Positions 9,667-18,651 of a stretch of DNA of 64,000 nucleotides are shown piece after piece. The notes beneath the pieces are model-generated. The model was not told the origin of the DNA. It was given only the letters and a program-made list of their open reading frames with translations, and searched no databases. The position numbers and the translations under genes are program-made. The stretch lies in IMG/VR virus record IMGVR_UViG_3300013121_000046; one strand, written 5' to 3'. Source of the stretch: a virus. Taxonomy: Duplodnaviria > Caudoviricetes. The first letter of the stretch is position 1. Each line of letters opens with the position of its first letter.

Positions 9667-10280
9667 TATCTTTTCTTCCACTTACGCGGTAAGTCCTTAA
9701 GACTTTCCCAGTATTCTTTTAGTGCGGAATTCACCCCAAAATTATTAATATCGGACCAGGTTATTGCATCAGCTTCAAAACCCCTAAAAATATGAGGAGA
9801 CTCAACTACCGCCTTCTTTATGTTGGAAAACTTAAAAAAATGGTTTTCTGACCCCCAATTAACTAACCCTACTTTCTGAACATTAACCGATAGTATGAAT
9901 TCTGTAAGTTCCATCCATAAGGAACCTATGTAATTTTCTTGTAACGGCACCCTTACACCTAAACGGGCTGGAATTTCAACCAGGAATGTAAAATCACCTG
10001 CTAAAGTATCGGGAGTACTTCTATCCCAATACGCAGGAGAGAATTCTCGGATATCTTTTATTCTAGCATGTCTATGGAGGTATAATTGAGAATCACTCTT
10101 AGGATCAGACGAAAAATTTACAAGTAGCCTCTTAATCAGTAGGGGAGAAACTTCATGTATCACCCCAGTAGATATCTTCTTCCCGCTAGTGTTAGTATAA
10201 TTTATACTACCTGACTCAGCACACCACAATTCTTCTAGACCCTCTCCCCTAACTCCTTGACCTGGCTTAATAGTTATCAT
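9666..10280 (-). CDS. ~200-aa family, recent tandem copy 2
   Basis: Near-identical paralog; TAATG overlap with copy 1. Confidence 0.9.
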   Translation of the reverse strand: MITIKPGQGVRGEGLEELWCAESGSINYTNTSGKKISTGVIHEVSPLLIKRLLVNFSSDPKSDSQLYLHRHARIKDIREFSPAYWDRSTPDTLAGDFTFLVEIPARLGVRVPLQENYIGSLWMELTEFILSVNVQKVGLVNWGSENHFFKFSNIKKAVVESPHIFRGFEADAITWSDINNFGVNSALKEYWESLKDLPRKWKKR

Positions 10281-10302
10281 TATTTGTACCTTTTAGAAGC
10301 TA

Positions 10303-10920
10303 TCACCTACTCGGTAAATCCTTAAGACTTTCCCAATAGTCTCTTAGTGCAAAACCCTCTTCAAGATTATGAACAACGGACCAGCTTACTGCGGACCAGT
10401 TTGTTGCATCAGATTCAAAACCCCTAAAAATATGAGGAAACTCAACTACCGCTTTCTTTACATCGGAAAGCAGAAAATAATCCCTTTCTGACTTTCCACT
10501 AACTAACGTTATTCTCTGAGTATTAACCGATAGTATGAACTCTGTAAGTTCCATCCATAAGAAACCTATGTAATTTTCTTGTAACGGCACCCTTACACCC
10601 AAACTGGCTGGAATTTCAACCAGGAATGTAAAATCACCTACTAAAATACTGGGGTTATCTCTATCCCAATACTCAGGAGAGAACTCTCTGATATCTTTTA
10701 TTCTAGCCTGTCTATGGAGGAATAATCGAGTATCCCCCTTAATGTTAGACGAAAAATTTACAAGTAGCCTCTTAATCAGTAGAGGAGAAACTCCAAATAC
10801 CTCTCTAGTAAGTAGCTGCTTCCCGCTAGTGTTAGTATAAGTTATCCTACCTGAATCAGCACACCTCAATTCTTCTAGACCCTCTCCACTAACTCCTTGA
10901 CCTGACTTAAGAGTTATCAT
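10303..10920 (-). CDS. ~200-aa family, recent tandem copy 3
   Basis: Near-identical paralog. Confidence 0.9.
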   Translation of the reverse strand: MITLKSGQGVSGEGLEELRCADSGRITYTNTSGKQLLTREVFGVSPLLIKRLLVNFSSNIKGDTRLFLHRQARIKDIREFSPEYWDRDNPSILVGDFTFLVEIPASLGVRVPLQENYIGFLWMELTEFILSVNTQRITLVSGKSERDYFLLSDVKKAVVEFPHIFRGFESDATNWSAVSWSVVHNLEEGFALRDYWESLKDLPSR

Positions 10921-10942
10921 TATCTGTACCTCTTAGAAGCTA

Positions 10943-11545
10943 TCACCTACTCGGTAAGTCCTTAAGACTTTTCCAGTATTCTTTTAGTGCGGAATTCACC
11001 CCAAAATTATTAACATCGGACCAGTCTACTGCATCAGATTCAAAACCCCTAAAAGTATGAGGAGACTCAATTTCTGTTTTCTTTACATCAGAAAACAGAA
11101 AGTAATCCTCTTCTGGGTTCCTATCAACTAACGTTATTCTCTGAGTATTAACCGATAGTATGAATTCCCTGGGTTCCATCCATAAGACATAGGAGTGCGG
11201 TCTCTCAGAACGAATCCATACATTCATCTGGGCTAAGACTTTCACCAAGAATGTAAAGTCACCTACCAGAATATCATGCTTAGTTCTCCCCCAATACTCA
11301 GAAGAGAACTCTCTGATATCTTTTATTCTAGCCTGTCTATGGAGATATAGTCGAGTATCCCTCTTAATATTAGACGAAAAATTTACAAGTAGTCTCTTAA
11401 TTAGTAGGGGAGAAACTCCCCATATCTGTGATCCAAATGCCCGAAGCCCTCTAATATCAATAAAATCTATATTACCTGAATCATCAAACCCAAGTTCTTC
11501 TGAACCCTCTCCTTTAACTCTCTGACCCGGCTTAAGAGTTATCAT
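10943..11545 (-). CDS. ~200-aa family, recent tandem copy 4
   Basis: Near-identical paralog. Confidence 0.9.
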   Translation of the reverse strand: MITLKPGQRVKGEGSEELGFDDSGNIDFIDIRGLRAFGSQIWGVSPLLIKRLLVNFSSNIKRDTRLYLHRQARIKDIREFSSEYWGRTKHDILVGDFTFLVKVLAQMNVWIRSERPHSYVLWMEPREFILSVNTQRITLVDRNPEEDYFLFSDVKKTEIESPHTFRGFESDAVDWSDVNNFGVNSALKEYWKSLKDLPSR

Positions 11546-11564
11546 TATTTGTACCTCTTAGAAG

Positions 11565-12179
11565 CTACCCCTTACTCGGTAAGTCCTTAAGACTTTCCCA
11601 ATATTCTTTTAGTGCGGAATTCACCCCAAAATTATTAACATTGGACCAGTTTACTGCCTCAGATTCAAAACCCCTAAAAATATGAGGAAACTCAATTACT
11701 GTTTTCTTTACATCAGAAAGCAGAAAGTAAGCCTCTTCTGGGTTCCTATCAACTAACGTTATTCTTTGAACATTAACCGATAGTATGAATTCTGTAAGTT
11801 CCATCCATAGGGAATAGGAGTACCGTCTCTCAGACCGAATCCCTACATTCATCTGAGTTAAGACTTTCACCAAGAATGTAAAATCACCCACTAAAGTATT
11901 GGATGTATTTCTATCCCAATACTCAGGAGAGAACTCTCTAATATCTTTTATTCTAGCCTGGCTATGGAGGAATAACCAAATATCCCTCTTAATATTAGAC
12001 GAAAAATTTACAAGTAGCCTCTTAATCAGTAGAGGAGAAACTCTCCCTCTCTTGAATCCAAGTACCTGAATCCCTCTAGTATTAATATATTGTACATCAC
12101 CTGAATCATCAAACCCAAGCTCTTCTGAACCCTCTCCCTTAACTCTCTGACCCGGATTAAGAGTTATCATTATCGGCAT
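11565..12179 (-). CDS. ~200-aa family, recent tandem copy 5
   Basis: Near-identical paralog. Confidence 0.9.
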   Translation of the reverse strand: MPIMITLNPGQRVKGEGSEELGFDDSGDVQYINTRGIQVLGFKRGRVSPLLIKRLLVNFSSNIKRDIWLFLHSQARIKDIREFSPEYWDRNTSNTLVGDFTFLVKVLTQMNVGIRSERRYSYSLWMELTEFILSVNVQRITLVDRNPEEAYFLLSDVKKTVIEFPHIFRGFESEAVNWSNVNNFGVNSALKEYWESLKDLPSKG

Positions 12180-12193
12180 CCCGACATAAAAAT

Positions 12194-12235
12194 AAAAGAC
12201 CGCATAAACCCAAAAGGGTAAATAGGCGGTCTTTT
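12194..12235 (-). terminator. intrinsic terminator-like hairpin
   Basis: AAAAGACCGC ... GCGGTCTTTT inverted repeat with T-tract. Confidence 0.6.
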
Positions 12236-12253
12236 GCCCTCAAGAGTACTCTA

Positions 12254-12553
12254 TTAACGTAGATTTCTGGTACGGTAGTCTGCTATCGTCTGAGATAGCA
12301 TCCCAGAATCCTGAATAGCTTGATCCTTCTGTGTCACCAGGTTAGTATAAGCGGCCCGGGTAGTCGTAACCTGCTGGGCAGTCTGACCCGTAGCCCCAAC
12401 CTGAGGCTGTACCACTGATCTGGTACTATTCAAGGCAGAGATCAGATTACCAACGTTGGTAGCCTCTATGCTCCGCAAGGAGGTACGGAACTTCTTTGGC
12501 CCCGGGAAACGTCTCTGATGGCTCACCTGCTCTGATTGTGGTAATTCGGACAT
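12254..12553 (-). CDS. hypothetical protein (Q/T-rich, helical)
   Basis: ATG at 12553 with GGAGG RBS. Confidence 0.7.
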   Translation of the reverse strand: MSELPQSEQVSHQRRFPGPKKFRTSLRSIEATNVGNLISALNSTRSVVQPQVGATGQTAQQVTTTRAAYTNLVTQKDQAIQDSGMLSQTIADYRTRNLR

Positions 12554-12746
12554 GTCGAACCCTCCAAATAAAAAAACCCAGGGAGATACTCTATCTTTCT
12601 GGGTCACCGACTTACTTACCTTCGCTGGGTAGAGGGGGTTTTCCTCCTACTTAACAAAAGGATTTTTTCGCAAAAGTAGAAGGTCGAAGTTGAAGGGATT
12701 AACACTTTCTTTTAGGTCACGGTGAATTTTTGTTTGACTCATCCTG

Positions 12747-13331
12747 CTACCCCATTTTTAATAGTAGCCGGGAAACTTCATCCCAGTGTGCTGCCACAGT
12801 ACACCGAGGATCCGGCATAGAAGCCACCGAAACATTCCACGGCTGCAAGAATAGCACTCCTTGGGTACCCTCGGTTTTCTCCAAGTAGTCTCTAATATTA
12901 TCTGGAGAATCGTCAATCAACCACTGAGTAGGAGGGTCTGTCAAATGCTTATCCCCCCCATTTCGGGTATGGTATGCCTCAAATGGGATATCCCAAAAAT
13001 CTAGCCATGCCCGAGTAGACTTCTCTGCCTGTGTCGGGCGAGCCGTCACAATAGCGATACGATAATGCTCGGATAAGTCCTGAAGAGCCTTCGCTGCCCC
13101 ATCTATTGGGGGGGTCTCTAAAACGAAGGTAGGGGAAATGCTCTGGAGACAATATAGAGTGTGAAATACATCCAAGACTCCATAGATTTTGTGCCTAAAA
13201 GATTTAACGTCTGAGCGAACTTCAGGAGTCTCTTGAGGTGCTAACTTGGTGGCATACGTCAATAAATGCTCCACCGAAGCAGCTAGGACACCATCTACAT
13301 CCACCGCAATCCAGGTATCTTTTATACCCAT
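12747..13331 (-). CDS. 5'(3')-deoxyribonucleotidase, NT5C/HAD family
   Basis: IAVDVDGVLA (HAD motif I), IVTAR (motif II), K, LIDDSP (motif IV), QPWN. Confidence 0.85.
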   Translation of the reverse strand: MGIKDTWIAVDVDGVLAASVEHLLTYATKLAPQETPEVRSDVKSFRHKIYGVLDVFHTLYCLQSISPTFVLETPPIDGAAKALQDLSEHYRIAIVTARPTQAEKSTRAWLDFWDIPFEAYHTRNGGDKHLTDPPTQWLIDDSPDNIRDYLEKTEGTQGVLFLQPWNVSVASMPDPRCTVAAHWDEVSRLLLKMG

Positions 13332-13429
13332 CTAAAGCCTCAAGTTAAACTGAGGAGCGTACGAGCCTCATCAAGGATTACAAATAATTCAATCTAAGGC
13401 GGAATTAAATCCCCCAGAGGAGGGGTGGA

Positions 13430-13726
13430 TCACTCATCCTCTCCCCTCTTTTTTTGTTCTCGAATAAGTTGCTCTAGAACTTTGCGAGGACAGTCGGCGG
13501 CATGATTTTCTTCTTCAAAACGAACCCACTCACAACAGCAGGCACGGCACGCATAGCCAGTAATACGTGCATGTGAATACGTATTACTGTCCCTGTCCAC
13601 GCACGAGTACTCGGTTTCAACATTGTCATCCTCGACCAGCAGCCTCTCTACAACATCAATAATTTTTTCTTTCCAACTCTCCAACTCAACCAATCTCGCC
13701 GAGCCTAAGTGGGTGTTGTCACTCAC
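13430..13726 (-). CDS. hypothetical protein (Cys-rich)
   Basis: GTGA overlap with the pentapeptide gene; CxxC...H...C. Confidence 0.6.
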   Translation of the reverse strand: MSDNTHLGSARLVELESWKEKIIDVVERLLVEDDNVETEYSCVDRDSNTYSHARITGYACRACCCEWVRFEEENHAADCPRKVLEQLIREQKKRGEDE

Positions 13727-14379
13727 TGCTTGACCCCCACTTCCTCGACAATCACACTCAAATCCCACCCCCGAGTCTTAGCCATTTGCCGCAGGTTGGA
13801 CAACATGGCCATCCGCTCGGCCTCGAATGGACCGCCTTCTTCGCGGATAAGCTGCTCGACCGCATCAATCGCAACGTCCCAACACCCCCCGCGAATTCGC
13901 CAGCCTCGCGACGTGTCCCACCACAAAAATACCCGATAGCCGTTTGAGAGGATGCCGCCATCCAGAATGCGGTTGTCGCCGCAATCCGCGCCGGCGAAGT
14001 TGGCTTGCCTGAAATCAGCACGCGAGATATAAGCCCTCGCGAGCGCGGCCAGCGTGAGATTAGCCATCGTGAGATTAGTCATCGTGAGATTAGCCATCAT
14101 GAGGCCAGCCCCCGCTAGATCGGCCCCTGTGAGATTAGCCCCTGCTAGATTGGCCCCCGCGAGATTGGCCCCTGCTAGATCAGCCCCTGCTAGATCCGCC
14201 CCCGCGAGATTGGCCCACCTGAGATCGGCACCCGCGAGATCGGCCGCGCGTAGGCTTATTCCCGCCACTATCGCCTTCCTTATCGCCGCTCCCAGGGCCT
14301 CGGATCGGCTTAGCCCTTTGGGTACGTGGCAGGAGTACAGGACGGCTGCGGTGCGCCTGTGCAAGATTTTGACATTCAT
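13723..14379 (-). CDS. pentapeptide repeat protein
   Basis: Tandem A(D/N)LxG pentapeptides; ATGA overlap with the DUF5131 gene. Confidence 0.9.
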   Translation of the reverse strand: MNVKILHRRTAAVLYSCHVPKGLSRSEALGAAIRKAIVAGISLRAADLAGADLRWANLAGADLAGADLAGANLAGANLAGANLTGADLAGAGLMMANLTMTNLTMANLTLAALARAYISRADFRQANFAGADCGDNRILDGGILSNGYRVFLWWDTSRGWRIRGGCWDVAIDAVEQLIREEGGPFEAERMAMLSNLRQMAKTRGWDLSVIVEEVGVKQ

Positions 14380-15230
14380 GGCATCCTTCCGAAGCTCGCG
14401 GGAAACTCTCGCCATTCCCGGCCGTCGAGCATGGCACCGGCCAATTTCTTGCCAACCCGACTGCTCACCGTGCCGTCCTGCCACAGAAAATTATGGCCAC
14501 AGCCTGGATGCTCGCCGCGTTCCGTCGGAACCCACTCGCCCCATTGCTTGAAAAAGAACGGGACGTGCCACTCGCATTGATCGCGAATAGACTTCACCCA
14601 CGCGGGGTGCATCGGGCGCGCATTGGGCCCGCTCTCGCCGCCTACAATGATCCACTGGACGATTTCGGAGAGTTCCCAACTCGGCGACCAAATTCGATCG
14701 AGCGGGCCGAGGAGCGGCTCCGCCGACAGAAACAGGCCGCCGAAGCTGTGCCTCACCGCCTGCGCCTGCGACAGTCTCGTCAGGTACTCTGCGCTCTCGA
14801 CGCTCACGCCGAGCCACGCATTGGGCCACCACTCGCGAGTCGAGGCCAGGCTGACAAGCCGCTCGACGTTCTCCGGCCGCTTGGTCAACAGCAGCCAAAC
14901 GAGGTGCGGCGTCCGTTCGATCAGTCCGAACAGCCGCCGTCTCGGCACCTCCAAGTCGGGTCGATCCTCGAACACATCGGCCAGGCTCGCGCAAAACACC
15001 AGCCGTCGCTCTCCGGCCAGGTTGGCCGCCCGGTCCCACACCAACGGTTGCCGCCAATAACTCTCAGCCGCTACGACTCGCGTTCCGTCGGGCCCCCACT
15101 CACCGAGCACACGGGGATTGCGCTTGCTCAGCGTCTCCGCGTAGCAATGTTGGCACCCCGGCGAGACCTTTGCGCAGCCACGCCAGGGGTTGAACGTGTA
15201 ATCGGCCCACTCGATTTTTGTTTCAGCCAC
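14376..15230 (-). CDS. DUF5131 / phage Gp37-Gp68 family protein
   Basis: TKIEW...FNPWRGCAKVSPGCQHCYAE, VFCASLADVFE, LLTKRPEN, SAEPLLG, WIIVGGESG, PFFFKQWG. Confidence 0.92.
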   Translation of the reverse strand: MAETKIEWADYTFNPWRGCAKVSPGCQHCYAETLSKRNPRVLGEWGPDGTRVVAAESYWRQPLVWDRAANLAGERRLVFCASLADVFEDRPDLEVPRRRLFGLIERTPHLVWLLLTKRPENVERLVSLASTREWWPNAWLGVSVESAEYLTRLSQAQAVRHSFGGLFLSAEPLLGPLDRIWSPSWELSEIVQWIIVGGESGPNARPMHPAWVKSIRDQCEWHVPFFFKQWGEWVPTERGEHPGCGHNFLWQDGTVSSRVGKKLAGAMLDGREWREFPASFGRMP

Positions 15231-15645
15231 AACCGATCTCCTTGGGCCACTCCGTAACCACCTCGGCTGCAACGTCCAAATACCGCAGTATGTCGTCTAC
15301 CGTACGCCTCGGATGGTCGTGCCAATAACTAAATCTCCCCTTAATTCCCATCACCCTATTGGCTCTGGGGATGATCGTCTCCCTTAATATCCGCTCGACT
15401 CGCTCGCGGTTGTCCAGCAGCAGAAGAGAATGACGGTCGATTGCCAGAAATAACGCCCCCTCGACAGTCCACCGAACGGCGGAATGGTCAATTACGGGGT
15501 GTACCACCCGCCAGTTTTTGTCTACTGCGTAACGCGGATAGCCGGAGCCACGCCGGTTTCGTGTCGAGTACATTCGACACCAGCCCGTCTCAAGGGTTAA
15601 TTTCGCATCCTCGATGATGCTCAGCAGGGCCTTGTTCATGTTCAT
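15223..15645 (-). CDS. hypothetical phage protein (DUF6197-like)
   Basis: GWCR...WTVEGAL...WHDHPRRTVDDIL; similar to 20880-21299. Confidence 0.6.
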   Translation of the reverse strand: MNMNKALLSIIEDAKLTLETGWCRMYSTRNRRGSGYPRYAVDKNWRVVHPVIDHSAVRWTVEGALFLAIDRHSLLLLDNRERVERILRETIIPRANRVMGIKGRFSYWHDHPRRTVDDILRYLDVAAEVVTEWPKEIGCG

Positions 15646-15647
15646 CG

Positions 15648-16016
15648 CTAAACAGCCCCCATCACATAGTAGTCGATACCAACCACCGACTGCCGCCACG
15701 GTGGGACAGACCGAACCGCCGCGATCCGCAAGGCCATTTCGCGATCAAGCCACTCAATCACATGATCCCCGCTTGATGTTACCACATAGACCGGCGAGCC
15801 GGCCTCGCGGAGCTTGCTATCCGTCGCCCATTGGGGCTTGGTAGGCACGTACCCTGGCTGCTTGGCCTCGATCCAGAACGTAAGACCGTGCGGTGGGACA
15901 ATCACCATCAGGTCAGGGAGCCCGGCCCTTTGGGGCAGTACCAGCCATCCGTGGTCGCGCATTTTTTTGGACAACGCCGCGACGATTGTTGATTTTTTGG
16001 GTTCTGTTTTTTTCAT
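15648..16016 (-). CDS. VRR-NUC-type nuclease
   Basis: AGLPDL...FWIEAKQPG..PTKPQ PD-(D/E)xK motif. Confidence 0.8.
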   Translation of the reverse strand: MKKTEPKKSTIVAALSKKMRDHGWLVLPQRAGLPDLMVIVPPHGLTFWIEAKQPGYVPTKPQWATDSKLREAGSPVYVVTSSGDHVIEWLDREMALRIAAVRSVPPWRQSVVGIDYYVMGAV

Positions 16017-16186
16017 GTAGGAATCCTCATCCTGTACCCGCCGGTTCGCTCGCCGGCGATTATCAGCCGATTACGGGCTCGGCTGCAAGCCACGTATGCC
16101 ATCCACTCTTATTCAATAAACACAATGAACTACTACCACTGGAAAATGTATTCGGTCACGGCTTGACCAACAATTTGTCACTTGTG

Positions 16187-16678
16187 CTACTGCCGAAATA
16201 CTCGCGTCCATCCACAGCACGGGCCGGATACACCTTCCTGATTCCACCATTCCATGTCGTTATCATCATAAAGTTCCGCACCACACAAAACACACGACGC
16301 GGTAGACGGGTAACCGGCCGCTAACAGCGTCTCAACCACTGAGAAGCTCGGCTCAAAAAGCCCACATTTATTGCCTTGCCACCGCCGCCAAATGGAGATA
16401 GGGAACACCGGTTCGTCTTCGCACCAGCGAATAAGCAGAGCCAGCGCCGCAGCCGCAGCGATTCCGTAACCCCAGTTCTTGTACCAAACTGGATAAAAAG
16501 CTTTCCCGCAAGTCTCCCAGGGTCTCAAGTACCGCTTATCATTTTCGTGGGCCCAGGTTACGCACAAGCCACGATACGTAGTCACAATCTGAGTGTTCCC
16601 GGCAAATGCCGAAAGCACTTGATTGGCTGCAAGAATCCTCGCATCTTTGTCGCGATCCCTCTTCGATGCTTTTTTCAT
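16187..16678 (-). CDS. hypothetical protein
   Basis: 163-aa ORF with RBS; CxxC near the C-terminus. Confidence 0.65.
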   Translation of the reverse strand: MKKASKRDRDKDARILAANQVLSAFAGNTQIVTTYRGLCVTWAHENDKRYLRPWETCGKAFYPVWYKNWGYGIAAAAALALLIRWCEDEPVFPISIWRRWQGNKCGLFEPSFSVVETLLAAGYPSTASCVLCGAELYDDNDMEWWNQEGVSGPCCGWTRVFRQ

Positions 16679-16764
16679 CCCTTCAACCTTCTCGCCTTTC
16701 CTATACCTTCAGACAATACGAAAACGGCAGCCCCCGTAACACTAAGTATTATTCCTAACAATAG

Positions 16765-16850
16765 TAGCCGAGGCGGGACTTGAACCCGCACAGGGGTTAC
16801 CCCCCACCGGATTTTAAGTCCGATGCGTCTGCCTATTCCGCCACTCGGCC
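16765..16850 (-). tRNA. tRNA-Leu(TAA)
   Basis: GGCCGAGTGGCGGAATAGGCAGACGCATCGGACTTAAAATCCG...GTTCAAGTCCCGCCTCGGCTA; cloverleaf with long variable arm; no encoded CCA. Confidence 0.95.
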
Positions 16851-16875
16851 AAAAATTCACTTAAAAAAACGACCA

Positions 16876-17304
16876 CTATCGCTTCTGAACCCAGTATTTC
16901 TCAATAAATCCCGCTATAACCTTAAAGGATACCCCCGAATCGTTAGCCTGAGCTAAGTCAACACAACAATATCCTTGGTATTCTGGCAACTTTTTATACG
17001 TATCAAAATTAGGCGACTTCTTAAAGAGCCCCCCAGGGGAATTCAACCCCAACCAGTCACAAACCACTTTATTTTTCCCAGATAGGACTAAATTACCAGA
17101 TCTGCCGAGGCTCTTTCCCTTGTTCTCATACTTCTCGTAAAGTTCCTTAGCCACACCCAAACAGCAGTATAGGCATTCCTCAGGATGTACTACATCCCGC
17201 TGCTTAAGCTTGCTCTTTCCCTGCTTGTATTTCCCAGATCGTAAGGCATTAATCCAAAGCCTTAATGCCTGACCTGGAGTCTTATTGAATTTCTTTTTGG
17301 GCAT
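16876..17304 (-). CDS. conserved hypothetical phage protein
   Basis: WINALRSGKYKQG..L...YCCLGV...NDSGVSFKVIA pattern typical of phage hypotheticals. Confidence 0.75.
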   Translation of the reverse strand: MPKKKFNKTPGQALRLWINALRSGKYKQGKSKLKQRDVVHPEECLYCCLGVAKELYEKYENKGKSLGRSGNLVLSGKNKVVCDWLGLNSPGGLFKKSPNFDTYKKLPEYQGYCCVDLAQANDSGVSFKVIAGFIEKYWVQKR

Positions 17305-17354
17305 GTTCTAGTATCCTATTCTGAACCGAGACCGAAGAGTCGCTGCGGAATTAT

Positions 17355-18230
17355 CTAGCTATCCCCGTAAGACACATAGATCAAAGTAGACCTCAACGAA
17401 CCCATCAACCACTGAGATTTTACTGGAGCCCTTTCAAACTGCTTCAGAAGCTCTGGACCCTTAGCCTTAAACTCCTTTACAAACAGACTGCCAGCAAAAT
17501 ATTTTAGATACCGTGCAAGATTATACCTCGCATCAACATCCGCCACAGCAGCCAAAAATAATGCGGCAGCTATTCCCGTATCTACGGCAACATGCTCATC
17601 AGGATTCCGCCGAAAAACCCGGTTCTGACTAGAAATGCACACGATTTCAAACAGTGCCTGACAAACCTCAGCAGAGGGAATGGCTGCCCAATGGGGCGAA
17701 ACTAAGAGTTTTTTAGTCCAGGCCTGAATTATCTCACCCTCAATTTGCGAGGTAAAACGGCTCTTACCTGGGGACACTAACATCTCCCCCAGCGATTCAA
17801 AAGACTCCAACGGTGCAATATCCACGACCTTCCGAATAGCTGCTCTCACAGCATCCTTTATTTCCGGTGTCGTTGTATTTTTGTATGCGTGAATGTAACG
17901 CAAGAGTGTCGGTACAATCTTAGGATACATCGACAAGTAAAAATCAGTTTCCTCCGCCTGAAGGATCTGACTTGGGGTTATCCCATCCCCCCCAGCAACC
18001 AAGCTGTTATAAAGAACCTCGACCTTATCCGTTTCCTTACTCGGAAGCTTGGACTGCTCTTCAACTGCAACAGGGGCCGGGTCTTGATCGGCATTATCCC
18101 CATTGGGGAATAATGTGGCCGACATTTTTTGGACTGTATCAATAGCCGCCTGAAGTTCCCGAATTAACGATACGGGAAGACACACCTCTTTATGGGCTTT
18201 GGTAGGCACGGCAATTTTCCTCAGCATCAT
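17355..18230 (-). CDS. hypothetical helical protein
   Basis: 291-aa ORF downstream of the promoter motif at 18259. Confidence 0.75.
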   Translation of the reverse strand: MMLRKIAVPTKAHKEVCLPVSLIRELQAAIDTVQKMSATLFPNGDNADQDPAPVAVEEQSKLPSKETDKVEVLYNSLVAGGDGITPSQILQAEETDFYLSMYPKIVPTLLRYIHAYKNTTTPEIKDAVRAAIRKVVDIAPLESFESLGEMLVSPGKSRFTSQIEGEIIQAWTKKLLVSPHWAAIPSAEVCQALFEIVCISSQNRVFRRNPDEHVAVDTGIAAALFLAAVADVDARYNLARYLKYFAGSLFVKEFKAKGPELLKQFERAPVKSQWLMGSLRSTLIYVSYGDS

Positions 18231-18235
18231 AAAAT

Positions 18236-18456
18236 CGCATTGAATACCGCTACTCTTATATACCCAAAAATTTGTATCCTAGAGGTAATTCTAGTCAAAT
18301 ACCAGAAATAAAGTTCTATCCAACATTAACCGGAGACTCTAAAGTACCCCAAATAAACCAGTTAGGGTATGTCTTGGGATTTGCCCCTTCCCTGGAAAAC
18401 CAAATCCCCCAAATGTGGTAGTCCGGGTCCCAGAAAAATTCAAGAACCATAAGCTG
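18236..18456. repeat. dispersed ~215-bp duplication, copy A (promoter + 3' end of a YS-DL gene)
   Basis: Near-identical to 26301-26514. Confidence 0.9.
18259..18270 (-). promoter_or_regulatory. recurrent promoter motif TTTTTGGGTATA
   Basis: Motif copy upstream of 17355-18230. Confidence 0.65.
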
Positions 18457-18585
18457 TAAAGATGGGGAGATCCCTGGATAAGTACCTGTCCCATTCTTAT
18501 AAGCCCGAGGCCAATAGCTAAAAGTAAGCCCTGGGAACATTTTCTCAAGAAAATTCTGTATATGCTTGACCGAGTACATATGCAA
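18316..18585 (-). CDS. YS-DL family small protein
   Basis: MYSVKHIQNFLEKM...PNWFIWG. Confidence 0.75.
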   Translation of the reverse strand: MHMYSVKHIQNFLEKMFPGLTFSYWPRAYKNGTGTYPGISPSLQLMVLEFFWDPDYHIWGIWFSREGANPKTYPNWFIWGTLESPVNVG

Positions 18586-18651
18586 TACAATCCCACAATA
18601 ACCAGCATTGAATAATATTGGGGTCCCCCCATGCCAACTCCCTTGCCTATT

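Larger units (their letters stand above)
9050..12172. repeat. five tandem near-identical gene-length repeats (~600-640 bp units)
   Basis: DNA-level repeats; for example GACGAAAAATTTACAAGTAG and CGGTAA(G/A)TCCTTAAGACTTT recur in each unit. Confidence 0.95.

Noticed and set aside
9050-12172. CRISPR array
   Set aside because: The repeat units are gene-length and coding. No 25-45-bp repeat/spacer periodicity and no cas genes were seen in the window.
14054-15257. Plus-strand ORFs, including the ARLAP/ARSAP repeat ORF
   Set aside because: These are antisense shadows of the GC-rich pentapeptide and DUF5131 genes.
13400-16850. Satellite or prophage integrated at tRNA-Leu
   Set aside because: No duplicated tRNA 3' end at the far boundary and no integrase were found.
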